NCBI GenBank assembly: GCA_046583315.1
Contig: JAYGCN010000052.1
Span: forward strand, 32,001-96,000
Direction: 5' to 3'
Length of the DNA: 64,000 nucleotides
From: Candidatus Hydrogenedentota bacterium
GTDB taxonomy: Bacteria; Hydrogenedentota; Hydrogenedentia; Hydrogenedentales; GCA-2746185
Part shown: in pieces, positions 60,527 to 64,000 of the stretch
How the letters are laid out: the number at the start of each line of letters is the position of its first letter
How positions within the stretch are numbered: the first letter of the stretch is position 1
The notes under the pieces: generated by a model
Told to the model about the DNA's origin: nothing
Database searches by the model: none
What the model saw: only the letters and a program-made list of their open reading frames with translations
Program-made: the position numbers and the translations under genes

Positions 60527-61432
60527 ATGACGCGAAAAAAAATCGTAGTGACCGGTGCTTCAGGTTTCGTGGCAGGTAGCGTATTGCACTTCGGCGCGAT
60601 GGAACACGAAATCCATGCTTTTTCACAGGGTGAAGGATTACTCGAGCATCCTCATATTCACTGGCATCGGATCGAAATTGAAGATCGCGCTTGCATCGAA
60701 GAAACGATTAGAAGCATACAGCCCGACGCACTGATTCACGTCGCCGCCATCGCGGATATCGATTTCTGCGAGAACAATCCGGACATCGCGCGCGCGGTGA
60801 ATGTTGAGTACACGCATGTGCTCGCTGAGGTATGCGCAGCTCAATCGATCCGAATGGTTTTCGTATCCACCGATAATGTTTACGATGGTCACGACGGGTC
60901 TTATACAGCGAAGTGTGCGGCCAATCCCGTCAATTATTACGGGCAGACAAAGGTTGATGCCGAGGCCGTGGTTCGCGAGTTGCTGCCAGATTCCGTCATC
61001 GCGCGCCTCGCACTGGTCATGGGATTTCCAATCATCGGCGGCGGGAATTCATTCGTGATGCGTATGATTGCCCAGTGGGAGAAAGGTGAGTCGGTGGGCG
61101 TGCCTGACAACGAAATTCGCTCACCAATCGATATCGTTACAGCCGGGCATGCCCTGTTGGAATTGGCGATCGGTGACTGTCGCGGCGTTGTATTATTGGG
61201 TGGCGCAGACGGGCTGGATCGAATCGATCTGGTTCGCCAATTGGCACCCGCGTTCGGATACGCATCGGAGATGGTGCATGCATTCGACCCCAGCAATCTT
61301 CCCGGTCGTGCAAACAGACCTGTGTCGGTGATTTTCGATATGGAGGAAAGTCGTGCCGTGCTGACTACGCCCATTGTCGGCATCGCGGAAGTGGTCGAAT
61401 TACTCAGGCCGTTTCAGCGAAACGCGGATTAG
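60527..61432 (+). CDS. RmlD-like SDR oxidoreductase
   Basis: TGASGFVA, STDNVYDG, PVNYYGQTK, RSPI. Confidence 0.88.
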   Translation: MTRKKIVVTGASGFVAGSVLHFGAMEHEIHAFSQGEGLLEHPHIHWHRIEIEDRACIEETIRSIQPDALIHVAAIADIDFCENNPDIARAVNVEYTHVLAEVCAAQSIRMVFVSTDNVYDGHDGSYTAKCAANPVNYYGQTKVDAEAVVRELLPDSVIARLALVMGFPIIGGGNSFVMRMIAQWEKGESVGVPDNEIRSPIDIVTAGHALLELAIGDCRGVVLLGGADGLDRIDLVRQLAPAFGYASEMVHAFDPSNLPGRANRPVSVIFDMEESRAVLTTPIVGIAEVVELLRPFQRNAD

Positions 61433-61932
61433 GTGCGTTTGTCACGTTGTGAACTCGCACGACCGCGATCATATCGACCACCGCCACGCTTTTTACGCTC
61501 TTCAGCCGTCAACATTCCCCGATCCTTGTCGCCCTTATAGCTATTGGAAGCGGAATACGTTGTAGGCCGCACCACGACGACTACGTAAAGGAGTACGAAC
61601 ATCATGACGAGCTCGAAATAGTAGAGCCACGTCGGGCTATAGAGTGATCTTTCGATAAAGTTCTCGGTCAGGAGGTTCGCGGGTGTCGTAAACGTTGCGC
61701 TTCTTACCGCCTCCGCAGCATCCATCGCCGTTTGTTCTTTATACCAGTCAGCCACGCTAACCATGAGCCAGAGCACATAGTGGCCCAACAATACGTAAAC
61801 GCAATATTCGACCGAGTGAAAAACAACCGGCATGGCTTTTTTCTGATAGATAATGAATAGTGGCACGAGAATCACGCCGAGAAAGGCGAGCGGTCCCACA
61901 TTTTCACGTGCCAATGTAATGATCGGTTCCAC
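61429..61932 (-). CDS. Hypothetical membrane protein
   Basis: Three hydrophobic segments, GGGGA SD, GTG start. Confidence 0.7.
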   Translation of the reverse strand: MEPIITLARENVGPLAFLGVILVPLFIIYQKKAMPVVFHSVEYCVYVLLGHYVLWLMVSVADWYKEQTAMDAAEAVRSATFTTPANLLTENFIERSLYSPTWLYYFELVMMFVLLYVVVVVRPTTYSASNSYKGDKDRGMLTAEERKKRGGGRYDRGRASSQRDKRT

Positions 61933-62088
61933 GAGGTTCCCCTTGTAGATTCAGCAGACAAAATTCCTGCCATATTTGCAAGTACTATAAGAAATTCCGG
62001 TAGCTTTGTAAAGCATTTTCGAGCTACTCATTCGAAATTTCGCTGTTTTTCTGGTGGCGTGACCCCGAAAGGTCACGCCAAAATAAGC

Positions 62089-62453
62089 GAGCAGGCCTGT
62101 AAGCCGAGTTCTGTCTAAGATGCAAGCATCTCGAGACGATCATTCATCTAGAATCTGCGTTGCCACAGATTTCGAGCTTCCTACCCGGGAGCCGCGCGGA
62201 CCACGCCATTGCTCCCCTATTTGGAATTGCTCCGAGTGGGGTTTAGCAGGCCGACTTGTCACCAAGCCACCGGTGCGCTCTTACCGCACCATTTCAACCT
62301 TACCGGCCCAATCCATTAAGGAGAGGACGTAGGCGGTATATTTTCTGTTCCACTTTCCGTCGGGTCACCCCGCCTTGACGTTATCAAGCACTCTGTCCTT
62401 CGGAGTTCGGACTTTCCTCGATATCAGGGATATCGCGACCGTCCAGCCTACTC
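62089..62453 (-). ncRNA. rnpB: RNase P RNA, bacterial type A
   Basis: Minus strand: GAGTAGGCTGGACGGTCGCG...GAGGAAAGTCCGAACTCC...GGAAAGTGGAACAGAAA..ACCGCC...GGTAAGAGCGCACC...AAACCCCACTCGGAGCAA...AGATGAATGATCG...ACAGAACTCGGCTTAC; hairpin 62055-62080 downstream. Confidence 0.97.
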
Positions 62454-62702
62454 AGGTAGAGTATACCACGAATTGTGACTTCGAGGCACGAGGGGGTATT
62501 CGGAAAACGCGCATAATGTAAAAACACATAGGATCTATTCATATCTCCTTGTATTGTAAGGGGATATTGTGATATTCTCAATTCGTCGTAAAACCGTTTT
62601 TATCAATTTTCGGTGTTGCGTCCGGGCAAAACAGGATTTGTTGCTTACGTAAAACTGTTCTGCGGGGGCAAGGCTCCGAAGTACTGACAAGGTGGAACCT
62701 AT

Positions 62703-62900
62703 ATGAGTCCGAGAACAAGCGAAAATCCTGGCGAATCTGTCAAGATGACGGTCACATTGCCCCGTGAAGTAGCAGCGTTTCTTCGCTGGAAGGCCGAGGT
62801 TGAAGGGATGAAGCGTGACGAGTTGCTGCGCAAAATTATCGTCCACTATGCCAAAAAATTGCGTAAGGAAGATTTTCGTACCCCGCCCATCGAAGATTAA
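62703..62900 (+). CDS. Small ribbon-helix-helix (CopG-like) DNA-binding protein
   Basis: VKMTVTLP strand followed by two helices (EVAAFLRWKAE, KRDELLRKII); AAGGTGG SD-like. Confidence 0.65.
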   Translation: MSPRTSENPGESVKMTVTLPREVAAFLRWKAEVEGMKRDELLRKIIVHYAKKLRKEDFRTPPIED

Positions 62901-63061
62901 GCACCCTCAAGCTCTCCATTGATACGCGCAGGGCTCTCCGGGGTTGTGCAGGGACAATTGTAGCTTGAAATCCGTGCCGCCATTTGATACTCTATTTGTC
63001 CGTGTCCTGTCTTGGACATGTTGATGTTCCACACCCAATTGATTTCCGGAGGTTTTGAAGA

Positions 63062-63490
63062 GTGAGTACGTATGTCCCGAAATTGGGCGAAGTCGAAAAA
63101 GCTTGGCTCGTTATTGATGCAGAAGATAAAGTTCTCGGCCGTGTCGCCGCGGAAGCAGCGCACCTGCTTCGTGGAAAACACAAGCCACAATACACGCCTT
63201 ACCTGGATTGTGGTGACAATGTCATCATCATCAATGCAGAGAAGGCGAAAGTTACCGGTGCCAAGCGTACCGATAAAATCTACTACCGTCACAGCGGGTT
63301 TCCCGGCGGAATCAAGGACACGTCGTATGAGGCGATGTTGGAAAAGCATCCGACCCGTCCGATGACGCTTGCAATAACCGGCATGCTTCCGCACAACCGT
63401 CTCGGCCGTGCGCTTGCGACGAACGTGCGTGTTTATGCGGGCCCAGACCACCCGCATGTGAGCCAAGACCCCGTCGAACATACTTTTTAG
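63062..63490 (+). CDS. rplM: 50S ribosomal protein L13
   Basis: WLVIDA..LGR, LRGKHKPQYTP..DCGD, YYRHSGFPGG, GMLP, HPH. Confidence 0.98.
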   Translation: MSTYVPKLGEVEKAWLVIDAEDKVLGRVAAEAAHLLRGKHKPQYTPYLDCGDNVIIINAEKAKVTGAKRTDKIYYRHSGFPGGIKDTSYEAMLEKHPTRPMTLAITGMLPHNRLGRALATNVRVYAGPDHPHVSQDPVEHTF

Positions 63491-63514
63491 TCAAACAACA
63501 AGAGGTTATATATC

Positions 63515-63919
63515 GTGTCAGTTGATAGCTTTACTGGAGAAATCATTTCTGTCGGACGTCGCAAAGAGTCGACCGCTCGCGTTCGCATCAAACCCGGTTC
63601 TGGAAATGTCGTTGTAAACGGTCGCCAAATTCGGGAATACCTTGGTCGCGCCGTTCTTGTGATGCTTGCCAAGCAACCGCTGGAACTGACCGAGAATATG
63701 ACCAAGTTTGATATGCGTATCCGTTGTAACGGAGGCGGAAAATCGGGACAGGCCGGCGCGATTCGCCTCGGCATTGCTCGTGCACTCATCGAACACGATG
63801 AATCACTTCGTGGAGCGCTGAAGAAGGCCGGATTCCTGACTCGTGACGCGCGTGAAGTTGAGCGTAAGAAATACGGACAGCCCGGCGCGCGTAAGCGTTT
63901 CCAGTTCTCGAAGCGTTAA
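63515..63919 (+). CDS. rpsI: 30S ribosomal protein S9
   Basis: [46 protein letters not shown]. Confidence 0.98.
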   Translation: MSVDSFTGEIISVGRRKESTARVRIKPGSGNVVVNGRQIREYLGRAVLVMLAKQPLELTENMTKFDMRIRCNGGGKSGQAGAIRLGIARALIEHDESLRGALKKAGFLTRDAREVERKKYGQPGARKRFQFSKR

Positions 63920-63941
63920 GCCGTTTTACCATTCAATTTCG

Positions 63942-63977
63942 AAGCCGCCTCCAACGTTGGTTGGAGGCGGCTTTTTT
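63942..63977 (+). terminator. Intrinsic terminator after rpsI
   Basis: AAGCCGCCTCCAAC-GTTG-GTTGGAGGCGGCTTTTTT. Confidence 0.92.
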
Positions 63978-64000
63978 GTGTTTTCGGGTGAATCAAAAGG

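Noticed and set aside
62120..62332. 70-aa ORF
   Set aside because: It is antisense to RNase P RNA.
62901..63061. L13 leader RNA
   Set aside because: The position is plausible, but I could not support a conserved structure by eye; an Rfam/Infernal search is needed.

Overview
Bacterial chromosomal segment of moderate-to-high GC. The mix of DUF1501, PSD1/planctomycete cytochrome c and sulfatase genes with an ileS-dksA-lspA-lgt cluster suggests Candidatus Hydrogenedentota or a similar PVC-like lineage; this taxonomy is inference only. Housekeeping content: tex, ileS-dksA-lspA-lgt, an ECF sigma/anti-sigma locus, an FMN riboswitch ahead of ribD-ribE-ribBA-ribH-nusB, PMM/PGM, dtd, sigma54-driven pspA-pspC, a glycan/sulfatase cluster, gpsA, RNase P RNA and rplM-rpsI. 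I saw no tRNA, rRNA, CRISPR array, integrase or transposase. The most notable unexplained structure is a set of short cassettes (20984-21260, 26334-26878, 31265-31902) inserted directly behind stop codons of host genes. They are bounded by inverted, internally tandem repeats (TTCACCGCGGAG-N-CGCGGAG type and relatives), and in two cassettes the innermost unit supplies the Shine-Dalgarno of the cargo gene. Other points of interest: (1) a XylR/DmpR-like V4R-AAA+-HTH regulator with degenerate GAFTGA, Walker B and arginine-finger motifs, sitting behind two palindromes and a sigma70 promoter; (2) three accessory genes broken only by in-frame TAA/TAG stops; (3) leaderless-looking promoters; (4) a polypyrimidine/polypurine hairpin family; (5) C-rich 3' gene ends that could be Rho loading sites.
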